A stretch of DNA of 64,000 bases, taken from positions 101,185-165,184 of the forward strand of contig CAWHSK010000001.1 in NCBI GenBank assembly GCA_963832035.1, in the 5' to 3' direction. This stretch comes from an uncultured Acidobacteriaceae bacterium (GTDB lineage Bacteria > Acidobacteriota > Terriglobia > Terriglobales > Acidobacteriaceae). The position numbers were made by a program, and so were the translations under genes. The notes below the pieces were generated by a model. The model saw only the letters and a program-made list of their open reading frames with translations, had not been told where the DNA came from and searched no databases. Below, piece by piece: positions 30,613 through 43,079 of the stretch (its first letter is position 1; each line of letters opens with the position of its first letter).

Positions 30613-31665
30613 TCAAGCGGCGCCCGCTGGCGGCGGTGCGGTTGAACCGCGTACTACCAGGCTGGTTGACACGAGGAACTCGCGTTGTGAACCTGTCTTT
30701 TCCCCTTCTCCATGCTGCCGGAGCGCATCGAATGCCGCCTTTGCCAATTCAACCCGAGAGAGGCGGATGGTGGTGAGCGGAGGGAGCGTGAATTCTGCGA
30801 AGGCTATGTCGTCGAGGCCTATGACAGAGAGATCCTGTGGCACTCGGAGGCCCTGGAGATATGCGGCGCGCAGGACGCCGATGGCCGTCATGTCGTTCGA
30901 ACAGATGACTGCTGTGGGTTGGGAACGGAGATCCTGCAGCTTGTTGAATCCGGCAACACCACCTTTGAGAGTGTGATCGCACTCGATGATCCATTTTTTC
31001 TGGATATTTAATTCGTGTTCGTGCATCGCGGCCTGGAAGTCGTTCTGGCGCGTGATGGCGGAGTGGAGTTTGTGCGGTCCGGCGAGGAAGCCGATTTTGC
31101 GATGGCCAAGGGCAACGAGATGCGCGACCGCTGCGCGAATACCGGTGTTGTAGTCGAGGACGATGGTGCTGGCTTTTGGCTCGCCCAGCTTGAACTCGGC
31201 GAGAACGAAGGGCACGTCGTGAAACGACAGTTGATCGAGAACAGGTTCTTCTTCGCCGAAGGTCATCACCGCGACGCCTTCCACTTTGCGTTCCAGCATG
31301 CGGCGGACGCAGGTGGTGAGCACGGCGGGATCGCTGTTGGATGAACTGACCAGGATTTCGTATCCGTTGGCGACGGCGATTTCTTCGAAACTCTGGATGA
31401 GCTCAGGGAAGAACGGATTGGTGATGTTTTCGACGATGATGCCAAAGAGTCGGCTGCGGCCGGAGACGAGCGTGCGCGCATGTGTATTGGGAAAGTAATT
31501 CAGTTGTTCGATCGCTTGCCACACGCGCTTTGAGAGCTTCTCGCTTACGACGGGCGAGCCATTGATGGTGCGGGAGACAGTAGCGATGGAAACTTTGGCC
31601 AATGCGGCCACAGCCCGGATATCGGGTGTCTTGTCGGTGCCTTTGCGACTGGATTTTCGAGCCAC
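30613..31665 (-). CDS. LacI-family transcriptional regulator
   Basis: IRAVAALAKVSIATVSRTING HTH, YFPNTHARTL hinge and sugar-binding domain (CSNDMTAIG, VIGLDDI, LTTI). Confidence 0.95.
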   Translation of the reverse strand: MARKSSRKGTDKTPDIRAVAALAKVSIATVSRTINGSPVVSEKLSKRVWQAIEQLNYFPNTHARTLVSGRSRLFGIIVENITNPFFPELIQSFEEIAVANGYEILVSSSNSDPAVLTTCVRRMLERKVEGVAVMTFGEEEPVLDQLSFHDVPFVLAEFKLGEPKASTIVLDYNTGIRAAVAHLVALGHRKIGFLAGPHKLHSAITRQNDFQAAMHEHELNIQKKWIIECDHTLKGGVAGFNKLQDLRSQPTAVICSNDMTAIGVLRAAYLQGLRVPQDLSVIGLDDIAFAEFTLPPLTTIRLSRVELAKAAFDALRQHGEGEKTGSQREFLVSTSLVVRGSTAPPPAGAA

Positions 31666-31831
31666 GTGCGAATCCTAGGTACGGTTGAAAGTAAATACGG
31701 ATTGAATTTCAATCATAGCTCCGAGTGGTGGCCGACGGCGGGTGAAGCGGGGAGTTAGGCCTCGCATTTCCAGTTTTGCGATCGACCATTCCCTCGGAGA
31801 GTGAAGCCGGCGATCTTTCTTGAATCCTGCA

Positions 31832-31996
31832 GGCACGGCTAAATAGCTTGCTGAAAAACTCCCTTGGAGCGTCGCGAATGAGAAGGCCGGGGCTAAAGCC
31901 CCCTGTTTTTATGGCTGAGATTCGTGGGGCTGAAGCCCCACGCTCCCTCCTGGATACAAAGGCCCGCATTTTTTCAACAGACTGTAAAGCTGTGCC
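31832..31996 (+). repeat. MITE-like element (family C), 165 bp with imperfect 27-bp terminal inverted repeats
   Basis: Left GGCACGGCTAAATAGCTTGCTGAAAAA against the reverse complement of the right end GGCACAGCTTTACAGTCTGTTGAAAAA (20/27); internal GGGGCTAAAGCCCC and GGGGCTGAAGCCCC palindromes. Confidence 0.75.
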
Positions 31997-32031
31997 CTTT
32001 AAAGCATCGACTGAATCAGAGGCTTCTCGGT

Positions 32032-33486
32032 TCAGGATTTGTCGGAGATCAATAGGCGGAGGTCGCGTAGATTATGGCCTGTTGGTCCGGTGACCACGGT
32101 GTCGCCGAGTGCCGTGAAGAGAGGGCAGGCGTTGAAGGTGCGAAGGGATGCTTCCGGCTCGAATCCAAAGGCGACGGCACGTGCGACAGTGGTGGGGTCG
32201 GCGATGGCTCCGGCGTTTGGTGTGTTGCCGTCGATGCCATCAGAACCGGCGCTGAGAACTGTGAGCATTTCACCGGGATGATGCGCGAGTTCAGTTGCGC
32301 AAGCCAAGGCGAATTGCTGGTTTCGTCCGCCTGCGCCGGGTGTGCCATTCAGCGTGACAGTCACTTCGCCGCCGGAGATGAGGCAGAAGCGGCGATGCAG
32401 TACGCGCAGGTCATGAAAGCGGTCAAGCAGGTAGCGGGCGGCATCCGCATAGTCCCAGTCATCGCAGGAGTTGTCGACCGCGACGAAATAGCCGGCCTTT
32501 TGTGCAAGGGCACGTGCACTTTCGACGAGGTCGTGCGTCGACAGCAGCACTTCAAAAACTGAATCGCGGAAGGCTTCTTCTTCGCCGGTGAGATTGAGCG
32601 CGGAGGTGGACCGGCGTGCCTGCGGCGCATCGGTCCGCTGGAAGCGGGCGAAAAACGGCGGTCGCCAACTCTTGTTTCCCGGAGATTCGGGAAGGTCCGT
32701 TCGCTCGAAGAATGCGCGCACCGCTTGAGGAAATTTCGCGCGGAGGTTGTACTTCTCAATAATCTCGCGCACTTCATCGACAGTGGAGTGATCGGGAGAA
32801 CTTGGTCCGGATGAGAGGGCATCGAGCGTTCGAAGGGGAACGTCGGGCACCAGGAAGGAAACCTTGAGAGCCTCGGCTGCGGCAATGGCCAGCCGCCCAC
32901 CCTTGACGGCGCTGAAGTGCTTTCGCAGCGTGTTGATCTCGTTGATGGGTGCGCCCGAGCCGACGAGGGTTTCGTGGAAGGCGATGGTATCGTCAAGCCC
33001 GATCTGCGGATCGAGGGGCAAGTCAAACATGGCGGACCCACCGCCGGAGATGAGGAAGAAGACCAGGGTATCTCTCTTCGCCTTCTTCAGCATGGCAAGA
33101 GCAGCGCGGGCTGCGGCAAACGATTCCTCATTTGGCAAAGGGTGGCCGCCTTCGAAGTAGCGGAACCGCCAGTTGCGCTTCTTCGGCAGGTACTTTGTGC
33201 AGCAGATGCCGCGTAGACCTTTGCGGCGCTTCATGCGATCGAGCAAAATTTCGAGCATCGGGCCGGCGGCCTTGCCCACGGCGATGACAAAGATTCGCTT
33301 GAACTGAGAGAGATTGATGACGTCGGGTCCGCTGCCATCGGGAAGCAGCCGCTTGAGGGTGTTGCTTTCGAATCGAATGCGCCGATCGAAGGCGGACTCG
33401 ATGCTGCTTGCCTCGAGCGCGCCGGTAAAGAACTCGGTGGCACGGGCATGTAGAAATTCGAGGGCGGTGTCACTGGCCGGTGTCAT
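32032..33486 (-). CDS. Class II glycerate kinase (DUF4147/MOFRL family)
   Basis: AVGKAA, GGHPLP, LISGGGSAM, SAVKGGRLA, ISGGEVTV, GGRNQ, GSDGIDG and TGHNLRDL. Confidence 0.9.
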   Translation of the reverse strand: MTPASDTALEFLHARATEFFTGALEASSIESAFDRRIRFESNTLKRLLPDGSGPDVINLSQFKRIFVIAVGKAAGPMLEILLDRMKRRKGLRGICCTKYLPKKRNWRFRYFEGGHPLPNEESFAAARAALAMLKKAKRDTLVFFLISGGGSAMFDLPLDPQIGLDDTIAFHETLVGSGAPINEINTLRKHFSAVKGGRLAIAAAEALKVSFLVPDVPLRTLDALSSGPSSPDHSTVDEVREIIEKYNLRAKFPQAVRAFFERTDLPESPGNKSWRPPFFARFQRTDAPQARRSTSALNLTGEEEAFRDSVFEVLLSTHDLVESARALAQKAGYFVAVDNSCDDWDYADAARYLLDRFHDLRVLHRRFCLISGGEVTVTLNGTPGAGGRNQQFALACATELAHHPGEMLTVLSAGSDGIDGNTPNAGAIADPTTVARAVAFGFEPEASLRTFNACPLFTALGDTVVTGPTGHNLRDLRLLISDKS

Positions 33487-34192
33487 TGCACGTCTCCTTC
33501 AGCCAGTTTGTGAGCGACTGTTGCATAAGATTCAATTGACCTGTAAAGAAGTGATCGGCGCCGGGAATGAACACCAGGTTTTTGGGGTCGGCCGCGGTAT
33601 CAACCACCTGCCCCAGGTCCTGCTGCGGGGCGAACGAGTCGCCGTCGCCGCTGAGGAAGAGCTTGGGAAGGCGGCACTCCGAGAGCAACGGGTAACGATA
33701 GGTATTGCCGAAGCCCTGGGTTGGAAGTCCCAAGGCAACCAGGGCGCGAGAACTCGTTCCGCTCTGTGTCTCTGTTGCACAGGATGCTGCGATCGCCATC
33801 GCCGCGCCAAAGCTAAAGCCGACCAGGACTACGGGTAATTTGTATTCGGCATGGAGCCAGTCGAGCGCGGCGGAAACGTCCGACGCCTCTGCGCGGCCGT
33901 CATGTTGCCCTTCGCTGAAACCGGTGCCACGGAAGTTGAAGCGTAATACGGGCCAGCACAGGCCCCACTCGGGGGCATTCAGCACCTTCATGGCGTGGTA
34001 GACGACCTTGTTGTGCATGGTGCCGCCGCCGAGAGGGTGCGGATGGCAGACAAGCCCGACGGATCGCGAATCGGGCGCGCCCTCGTTCAATAAAGCTTCC
34101 AGCCGTCCCGAAGGACCGCGCAAATCAAGTGTGCGCAGGGAAGGGCCTGGCCGACTCGTTTCGGATCCGGACAACGCACAAGGGGAGTTCAT
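33470..34192 (-). CDS. Alpha/beta hydrolase family protein
   Basis: CHPHPLGGGTMHNKVV, RFNFRGTG, GFSFG nucleophile elbow and GADHFF; overlaps the glycerate kinase start by 17 nt; start uncertain (34192 or 34216). Confidence 0.88.
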   Translation of the reverse strand: MNSPCALSGSETSRPGPSLRTLDLRGPSGRLEALLNEGAPDSRSVGLVCHPHPLGGGTMHNKVVYHAMKVLNAPEWGLCWPVLRFNFRGTGFSEGQHDGRAEASDVSAALDWLHAEYKLPVVLVGFSFGAAMAIAASCATETQSGTSSRALVALGLPTQGFGNTYRYPLLSECRLPKLFLSGDGDSFAPQQDLGQVVDTAADPKNLVFIPGADHFFTGQLNLMQQSLTNWLKETCNDTGQ

Positions 34193-34313
34193 TCCAAGGA
34201 GTATTTTACGCTGCATTCACACCGGGGCCATCCGCAATTGTGACAGTGTGAGTTGCCGGATCAGCAGGTTGGCAAGGTACGGGAATCGGTGACTGCGATA
34301 TTCTGGCAGAACT

Positions 34314-35348
34314 ATGCACGAGTTATCGTCGCTCGATCCGATTCGGTTCACACAGCAACTCTGCGAAATTGAATCCACGACCTACAACGAGGGACGGGTA
34401 GGGGATTTTCTTGCGGATTTTCTGGCTTCGCGGGGCTGGGCGGTCGAGAAGACCCCGGTGCCGCAGCCTGAAGAGAGCGCGGGCGGAGGCGAGCGATGGA
34501 ATGTTTACGCAGGGCCCGCTGGACAAACTCCGGAGCTTGTTTTTTCTACGCACATGGATACGGTTCCTCCATACATTCCATTCAGCGAAGATGCGGAGTT
34601 CCTGTACGGACGCGGCGTGTCGGATGCCAAGGGCATTATTGCCGCGCAAGTGATTGCAGCCGAGAATCTGCGGGCTGCTGGATTTCGGATTGGATTGCTG
34701 TTCGTATCGGGCGAAGAACGGGACTCCGCAGGGGCGAAGGTAGCGAATGAATCGCCGAAGGGAAGCCGGTTCCTGATCAATGGCGAGCCGACGGACAACC
34801 GCCTCGGACTTGCTTCGAAGGGCTCGTTGCGCGCGGTTTTCAAGGCGCAAGGAAAGATGGCACACTCGGCTTATCCTGAACTCGGCGACAGCGCGGTTCA
34901 CAAGCTTGTTGAGGTGCTTGCCCGATTGTTGAAGCTGGATTTGCCGGTTACGGAAGGAGTGGGTCCGAGTACGCTGAACATTGGAGAGATCAGTGGTGGA
35001 CGCGCGCCCAATGTGATCGCCGACAAGGCAGAGGCGCAGGTTCTGGTGCGGCTGGTTGGCGATTCCGAGCCGGTTCGCGCGGCGCTGATGGAGGCCGCGA
35101 GCGACGACGCTGAAGTGGACTTTACCCTTGAAATTCCATTTGTGCGGCTTCGCGCGGTGGATGGCTTGCCCACGATGATTGCGAAGTTCACTACCGATAT
35201 TCCGCAGCTTACGAATTGGGGCGAGCCCCTGTTGCTGGGACCCGGCTCGATTCATGTGGCGCACACGCCGTATGAGAAGCTGGCGAAGAAAGAACTGAAG
35301 GAAGCCATCGAGCTGTATATCCGGGTGGCGAAGCAGTTGCTGGCTTGA
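34314..35348 (+). CDS. M20/M25/M40 metallo-hydrolase (ArgE/DapE-like)
   Basis: STHMDTV, YGRGVSDAKG, GEE, INGEPT, AHSAYPELG and AHTPYE metal ligands. Confidence 0.9.
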   Translation: MHELSSLDPIRFTQQLCEIESTTYNEGRVGDFLADFLASRGWAVEKTPVPQPEESAGGGERWNVYAGPAGQTPELVFSTHMDTVPPYIPFSEDAEFLYGRGVSDAKGIIAAQVIAAENLRAAGFRIGLLFVSGEERDSAGAKVANESPKGSRFLINGEPTDNRLGLASKGSLRAVFKAQGKMAHSAYPELGDSAVHKLVEVLARLLKLDLPVTEGVGPSTLNIGEISGGRAPNVIADKAEAQVLVRLVGDSEPVRAALMEAASDDAEVDFTLEIPFVRLRAVDGLPTMIAKFTTDIPQLTNWGEPLLLGPGSIHVAHTPYEKLAKKELKEAIELYIRVAKQLLA

Positions 35349-35423
35349 TTGACCACAACGAATGCTGAACGAACGCATCCAATCTGTTATCAAATCGAAG
35401 AAATTCCCAAGGAGACTTCATTT

Positions 35424-35978
35424 ATGAGCACTGCTATCTATGACATTCCCGTGAACAAAATAACGGGAGAAGATGCATCACTGGCTGAATTCAAAGGGAA
35501 GGTGCTGCTGGTAGTGAACGTGGCGTCGAAGTGCGGCCTTACGCCTCAGTATGAGGGACTGGAGAGTCTGTATGAGCAGTTCCGCGGCCAGGGATTGGTG
35601 GTTACTGGATTTCCAGCGAACAACTTCAAAAGCCAGGAGCCGGGCACGAATGAGGAAATTCAGTCATTCTGCACGACGAATTTTGGCGTGAAGTTTCCCA
35701 TGTTCGGCAAGATCAGCGTGGCCGGCGATGACAAGCATCCGCTGTACAAAGCGCTGACGGCGGCGCAGCCCAAGGCGATCAGCGTGGCGGAAGTTCCTTT
35801 TCGCGAGAAGCTCAAGGGATATGGAATTGAGACCAATGCGGATCCTGAGATTCTGTGGAATTTTGAGAAGTTTGTTGTGAGCCGCGATGGTGATATTGTG
35901 AAGCGCTTCTCTCCGGACACGCTGCCGGACGCGCCGGAACTGGTGGCCGTGATTAAAGAGGAATTGGCTAAGGACTGA
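35424..35978 (+). CDS. Cys-type glutathione peroxidase (BtuE/Gpx family)
   Basis: VNVASKCGLTPQY, GFPANNFKSQEPG and WNFEKF; AAGGAG RBS. Confidence 0.92.
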   Translation: MSTAIYDIPVNKITGEDASLAEFKGKVLLVVNVASKCGLTPQYEGLESLYEQFRGQGLVVTGFPANNFKSQEPGTNEEIQSFCTTNFGVKFPMFGKISVAGDDKHPLYKALTAAQPKAISVAEVPFREKLKGYGIETNADPEILWNFEKFVVSRDGDIVKRFSPDTLPDAPELVAVIKEELAKD

Positions 35979-38900
35979 CCTCGCGCGGCACCCACTGCGC
36001 CTGGTCCTGGTGCGGCGGTTCCGGCGAATCGACTTTGACGGCGACGGGAAAGAAGATGCGGAAGACTGTGCCGCAACCGGACTTGGAGCGCACGGCAACG
36101 CGGGCTTCATGTTTGTCGAGGATCCCCTTCGAAACCCAGAGGCCCAGTCCCGTGCCTGCTTCGCCCTTGGTGGTGATGAAGGGGTGGAACAAGCGCTCGA
36201 ACATGTACCGGTCCATGCCTGAACCGCTGTCCGCGACGGTCACCGAAATACCTTGCTGACCAATGTGATCCTTCGCGGATCGTACTACGACGATGAGGCG
36301 CCCCTTTTTAGGCAGGGCATCGAGGGCATTTGAAATGAGGTTGGTGAATACCTGCTGAATCTCACCCGGCTGGCAGAGGACCGCGGGCGCGGAGCGATAG
36401 CGCCGTTCCACTGAGATGTTGCGAAGGCGGATGGCGGGATCGTGAAAGTAGATGACCGAATCGATGAGCTCGTCCAGTGCGGTGAAAGTGGGTGCGGTGC
36501 GCTGGCGATAGAACTTGAGGCTGCGCGCGGTAATGTGCGAGAGCCGCTGCAGTTCCTTGTCGGCAATCTCGAGCAAGTCTTTTGAGCCGGGGGAGAGTCC
36601 GGCATCACTTTTTGCGAGGAAGAGAAGATTGGTGACGGCCTCAAGCGGATTGTTGATTTCGTGCGCGATGCTTGCGGCAAGGCGGCCCGCGGCAGCCAGT
36701 TGCTCAGAGCGGCGCAGCGCCTGCTCGGCCTTGCGTGCTTCGGTTGTGTTGCGGCAATAGAGAATGATGCCTTCGCCTGGTTGCGGGTAAATGTAGAACT
36801 GAAACCATGTCTCGCCAGCGGGAGCGGGGAAGAATTGCTCGAACTCTATGGAAACGCGATCTTCCATGGCGCGTCTGATGTTTGATTCAACTGCGCTACC
36901 GATCAATTCAGGGTAGAGGTCCCAAAGACGCGCGCCCATGTGGGGCTTGCCCGAGAGTGCGGCAAGCTGCATCGCCGCGGCGTTCATATACGTAATCGAG
37001 TAATCGCGATCCATGGTGCAGAACGCGACGGGGACATGCTCCAGCGCTTCGCCGGCAAACTGGCGGGCGCGGTTGATCTCCATGGTCAGGGCTGCTTTTT
37101 GCTCGGCGGCTTCGCGGCGCATACGCGCCATCTTCAGCTGTGCCTCGACGCGCGCTATCAGTTCGCGGGCGGTAAAAGGTTTTGTGAGGTAGTCGTCGGC
37201 GCCGGCTTCTACGCCTTCAATACGCGCTTCTTCGCCGGCACGCGCGGAGAGCATGATGATGGGAATAGTGGCGGTGTCCGGATTGCGGCGAAGCGCTGCG
37301 AGCAGGGCAAAGCCATCCATCTCCGGCATCATGACGTCGGTGAGGACGAGAGAGGGAGGCCGGCGCTGTATTTCTTCGAGCGCCAGCTTTCCGTTTCCTG
37401 TAGCGACAACCTCAAACCGTCCTGCGAGAAGGGAGCGAACATACTCTCGCATGTCGGCGTTGTCGTCCACGAGAAGTACGACTGGCCTTGCTGCGGAAGT
37501 GATGCGTTCGTCGTCCTGGTCGCCCGCGACGGAACCGGCGATCTGGTTTCGCAATTGTTCGTGGCCCGGCATCCAGCCGAGCGCTTCCTGAACGTAAGCC
37601 ACTGCCGACCCCTGCACGACGAGGGGACTGCTGGCGTCCTTTGCTACCTGGCCGCGGGTGAGATGCTCGTATCCGAAGGGGAGGCGAATGCGGAAGGTAG
37701 TGCCATCGTCGAGTTTGCTCGCGACGGAAATTGATCCACCGTGCATTTCGACGAGTTCCTGCACGAGAGCGAGGCCGATTCCGCTTCCTTCGTGGCTGCG
37801 CCGGCGTGCTCCCTCAATGCGGCTGAAGCGCTCAAAGAGATGCGGGAGTTCCTGCTCTGAAATTCCAGTGCCGCTATCGCGCACGGTGAGCTCCGCGCCC
37901 GTCTCGTCGTTGGAGATGGAGACGTGAATTTCTCCGTCGAATGTTGCCTTCAGCGCGTTGGAGAGGAGGTTCAGAACGATCTTTTCCCACATTTCGCGAT
38001 CGACGTACACCGGCTCGGGCAACGGAGGGCATTCGACGATCAGCTTCAACCCTGCGCGCTCCACGGCCGAACGGAAGACACTGGCAAGTTGGGTGGTCAG
38101 GAGGGAGAGATCTGTTGGCTGGTAAGTGGCCCGCATGCGACCCACTTCGATACGTACGAAATCGAGAAGGCCGTTTACAAGCTTGAGCAGGCGAAGGGCG
38201 TTCCGGTGAAGCATCTCAAGCGACTCGGACGAGGGCGGAACCTGATTGAGCAGCGCGTCTTCAATGGGACCGAGGATGAGCGTGAGGGGAGTGCGCAGTT
38301 CGTGACTTATGTTGCTGAAGAACGCAGTTTTGGCGCGATCAAGGTCGGTTAACTCTTCAGCCCGCTTTTTCTCTGATTCATACGCTTCAGCATTGGTAAT
38401 GCTGGCGGCAATCTGGCCGGCAGCCAGATCGAGAAAGCCCTCATAGCTCGAGTCAAATTGACGGTAGGGGTTCAGCGCTGCGATGAAAACGCCCGCAGGC
38501 TTCTCCTGGCCGCGCCTGAAAAGAGGGACCAAGCGCGCCTGATGTGGCGGCTTATCCCAGACGCCTGCCGGCAATTCCGGGAAGAGGTCACCCAGCCGAT
38601 CGATGGTCATGGCACGGTTGGAGTTGAAGAGAATGTCGACGGGCCAAGGACTGCTAATTGATTCGGCATCAATTTCCCGTGGGGCCGCGGGATGACCGGG
38701 CTCAATGCCGGTTTGCGCCTCCAAGCAGAGTGTCGGGCCGCCGTCGTCAAAGCAATAGACCATCGCGAAAGGAATATCCTTCTGGTCAGAGAGGCCACGC
38801 CGGATTGCGGTGAACACGTCCTTCCTGGTGTTCGCATTTACTAATGCTCCGGCGAGTGTGGTCAGGGATGCCAGTTGGCGTTCACCGCGAACACGTTGCG

Positions 38901-39381
38901 TGTCCTCCATTACGACGCAGAGCAGGCCCTCGATCTTGTCACTTTGTCCAGCGAGAGGGCTGTAGGAGAAGGTGTGAAAGGTTTCCTCAGGGAACCCGCT
39001 GCGCTCGAGGATGAGGCCCAGGGTCTCGTCCCATGAGGCCTCTCCGGTCGTCATAACGCGCTCGATACGCGGGCCGATATCGGACCAAATTTCGTGCCAG
39101 ACTTCCGGGGCCGGCTTTCCGAGCGCCCAGGGATGCTTCTTGCCCAGGGTGACCCGGGCGTAGGCATCGTTGTAGAGCATTGTGAGTTCGGGCCCCCACG
39201 CCATCCACATTGGGAAGCGCGATGTGACCAGGATGCGGACCGCTGCCTTGAGGCTGTCGGGCCAGGCGGCCACGTGGCCAAGCGGCGTCCTCGCCCAATC
39301 GTAGGAGCTGATCAACTGGCTCATGGCGGATGACTGAAGCGTTCCCGCCCGTACATGGGGTTGTGACGTGTCTTCCTGCAT
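35968..39381 (-). CDS. Cytoplasmic hybrid sensor kinase: PAS-like/GAF - HisKA/HATPase - REC - PAS - HisKA/HATPase
   Basis: H-boxes SHELRTPL and AHEINNPL, two sets of N/G boxes, REC with VDDN...TDVMMP...KPF; no TM segments; start uncertain. Confidence 0.9.
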   Translation of the reverse strand: MQEDTSQPHVRAGTLQSSAMSQLISSYDWARTPLGHVAAWPDSLKAAVRILVTSRFPMWMAWGPELTMLYNDAYARVTLGKKHPWALGKPAPEVWHEIWSDIGPRIERVMTTGEASWDETLGLILERSGFPEETFHTFSYSPLAGQSDKIEGLLCVVMEDTQRVRGERQLASLTTLAGALVNANTRKDVFTAIRRGLSDQKDIPFAMVYCFDDGGPTLCLEAQTGIEPGHPAAPREIDAESISSPWPVDILFNSNRAMTIDRLGDLFPELPAGVWDKPPHQARLVPLFRRGQEKPAGVFIAALNPYRQFDSSYEGFLDLAAGQIAASITNAEAYESEKKRAEELTDLDRAKTAFFSNISHELRTPLTLILGPIEDALLNQVPPSSESLEMLHRNALRLLKLVNGLLDFVRIEVGRMRATYQPTDLSLLTTQLASVFRSAVERAGLKLIVECPPLPEPVYVDREMWEKIVLNLLSNALKATFDGEIHVSISNDETGAELTVRDSGTGISEQELPHLFERFSRIEGARRRSHEGSGIGLALVQELVEMHGGSISVASKLDDGTTFRIRLPFGYEHLTRGQVAKDASSPLVVQGSAVAYVQEALGWMPGHEQLRNQIAGSVAGDQDDERITSAARPVVLLVDDNADMREYVRSLLAGRFEVVATGNGKLALEEIQRRPPSLVLTDVMMPEMDGFALLAALRRNPDTATIPIIMLSARAGEEARIEGVEAGADDYLTKPFTARELIARVEAQLKMARMRREAAEQKAALTMEINRARQFAGEALEHVPVAFCTMDRDYSITYMNAAAMQLAALSGKPHMGARLWDLYPELIGSAVESNIRRAMEDRVSIEFEQFFPAPAGETWFQFYIYPQPGEGIILYCRNTTEARKAEQALRRSEQLAAAGRLAASIAHEINNPLEAVTNLLFLAKSDAGLSPGSKDLLEIADKELQRLSHITARSLKFYRQRTAPTFTALDELIDSVIYFHDPAIRLRNISVERRYRSAPAVLCQPGEIQQVFTNLISNALDALPKKGRLIVVVRSAKDHIGQQGISVTVADSGSGMDRYMFERLFHPFITTKGEAGTGLGLWVSKGILDKHEARVAVRSKSGCGTVFRIFFPVAVKVDSPEPPHQDQAQWVPREVSP

Positions 39382-39639
39382 CGGATCCTCTTCGGCCTTC
39401 ATCAACCCCATTACCACTTCAGCATCGAATTTCGCGCAAGGAAGTGAATGCAATCGTAGTTTGATCGAGAAAACTTCAGATCGCGGTGTTCGTCGTTAAT
39501 CAGACTTAGATGCACTTGTATCTCCCTTTGTTGCTTATACATTTCGCGTTGGGAGGGATCAGTGGACGCGTTGTGCAGCCAAGAAGCTATCGGCGCCCAG
39601 GAGTGGCCGTGCAAGCTCATGCACGTGTATTCTCGGCCC

Positions 39640-41778
<2,139 letters not shown>

Positions 41779-41800
41779 GCACTTGACCATCGCGCAGCTT

Positions 41801-42745
41801 TCATCCTCCGCTGAAGGGATTCGCTTCCTGCGGCTTTATGGTGGTTGGATCGCACGGGGGCTCTGATGGGCTGGAGGGACTGCCTGTGCGAGAAGGCGAG
41901 CCCGAGTTACCGGTGTACACCCGGAACGGATCGCCCGGCAGCATGTGGTTTTCTTCAAGCGCCAACCGCACGCGTCTGCGGAATTCCCGCACCGGGGCGT
42001 ATTGCTGGGTTGCGAGCGTTTTGAAAACTACAGGGAATATCTGCTCCGAACCTTTCATCGCATCGACGCCTAGGACCTGGGGATCGGCGACGAACACGCC
42101 CTTGAACTCGTCGCTATTGCGAATTTCCATGGCAGTTTTCTTGAGCAGTTCCATTACCTTGTCGGGGTGCGCGGAGAAATCTACACTGACGTTGACTGTA
42201 GCGACCGAGTAATCCATGCTCTGGTTCGCGACTGTGGTGATCTGCGAGTTGGGTATGATGTAGAGAGTGCCATCGCCATCGCGCAGGGTGGTTTTACGCA
42301 AGGTCATGGACTCGACCACGCCTGACACTCCGGCGATCTTGATGGTCTCTCCAACGTTAAATTGATCTTCAAGCAGAATCAGGACCCCATTGAGCATGTC
42401 GCGTACGATGTTCTGCGCGGCCAGACCGATGGCGACTCCGGCGACTCCTGCGGAAGCCAGCAACGGGGCTAGATTTACGCCCACGGCGGCCAGGAATTGC
42501 ATCGTCACAATTGCGGCTATGATTGTCAGCCCTGTGTTGCGAACGACGCCCGCCAGCGTCTTGACCTGGGCTATTCGGCTATGCGCCACCGCGTGTTGCT
42601 CTGCAATCCGGATCATCCGGGTTGTGATCATGCTGAGAACCCGGTAGAGTGCGAATGCGATTAAAGCGGCGACGAGCAGGCGCGGAAGTTTCAAATGTAT
42701 GAATTCCTGTATGTCGGAGATCCATTCGTCGAGCACTTTGCCCAT
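41801..42745 (-). CDS. Small-conductance mechanosensitive channel (MscS family)
   Basis: Three TM segments, AGVAIGLAAQNIVRD, DQFNVGETI, GVVESMTLR and IPNSQI; start uncertain. Confidence 0.88.
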   Translation of the reverse strand: MGKVLDEWISDIQEFIHLKLPRLLVAALIAFALYRVLSMITTRMIRIAEQHAVAHSRIAQVKTLAGVVRNTGLTIIAAIVTMQFLAAVGVNLAPLLASAGVAGVAIGLAAQNIVRDMLNGVLILLEDQFNVGETIKIAGVSGVVESMTLRKTTLRDGDGTLYIIPNSQITTVANQSMDYSVATVNVSVDFSAHPDKVMELLKKTAMEIRNSDEFKGVFVADPQVLGVDAMKGSEQIFPVVFKTLATQQYAPVREFRRRVRLALEENHMLPGDPFRVYTGNSGSPSRTGSPSSPSEPPCDPTTIKPQEANPFSGG

Positions 42746-43079
42746 AAACCGGCCTTCGGCGAACCAACCAGACCGCATTGCCAACAAAATTGCAATCATG
42801 CAAGCTCCTCTTATTCCATCTATATTGTGCAGAATCCGGCTATTGGTCCGGCGTGCAGGACCTTTAAAAGCAGAGATGCGCTGAGGCTTCGAACTGTCGT
42901 TGGGCATTTGTGCTTTCGAGCGGCTTGGAGTGCGGGCCGGTTTCGATCAATGTTTTGATGGATTCAAAAGGCCGGGAGAAAAAGGCATTGCGAATGAGAC
43001 CGGAAAACTGCTTTCATTAAACCGGTTCTGCAACTGACTGAGGCCGATAATGGAGATGCAGTTCAAAGAGGAGGTTCCG

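Noticed and set aside
35424-35978. Selenocysteine glutathione peroxidase
   Set aside because: The active-site codon is TGC (Cys) and there is no in-frame TGA
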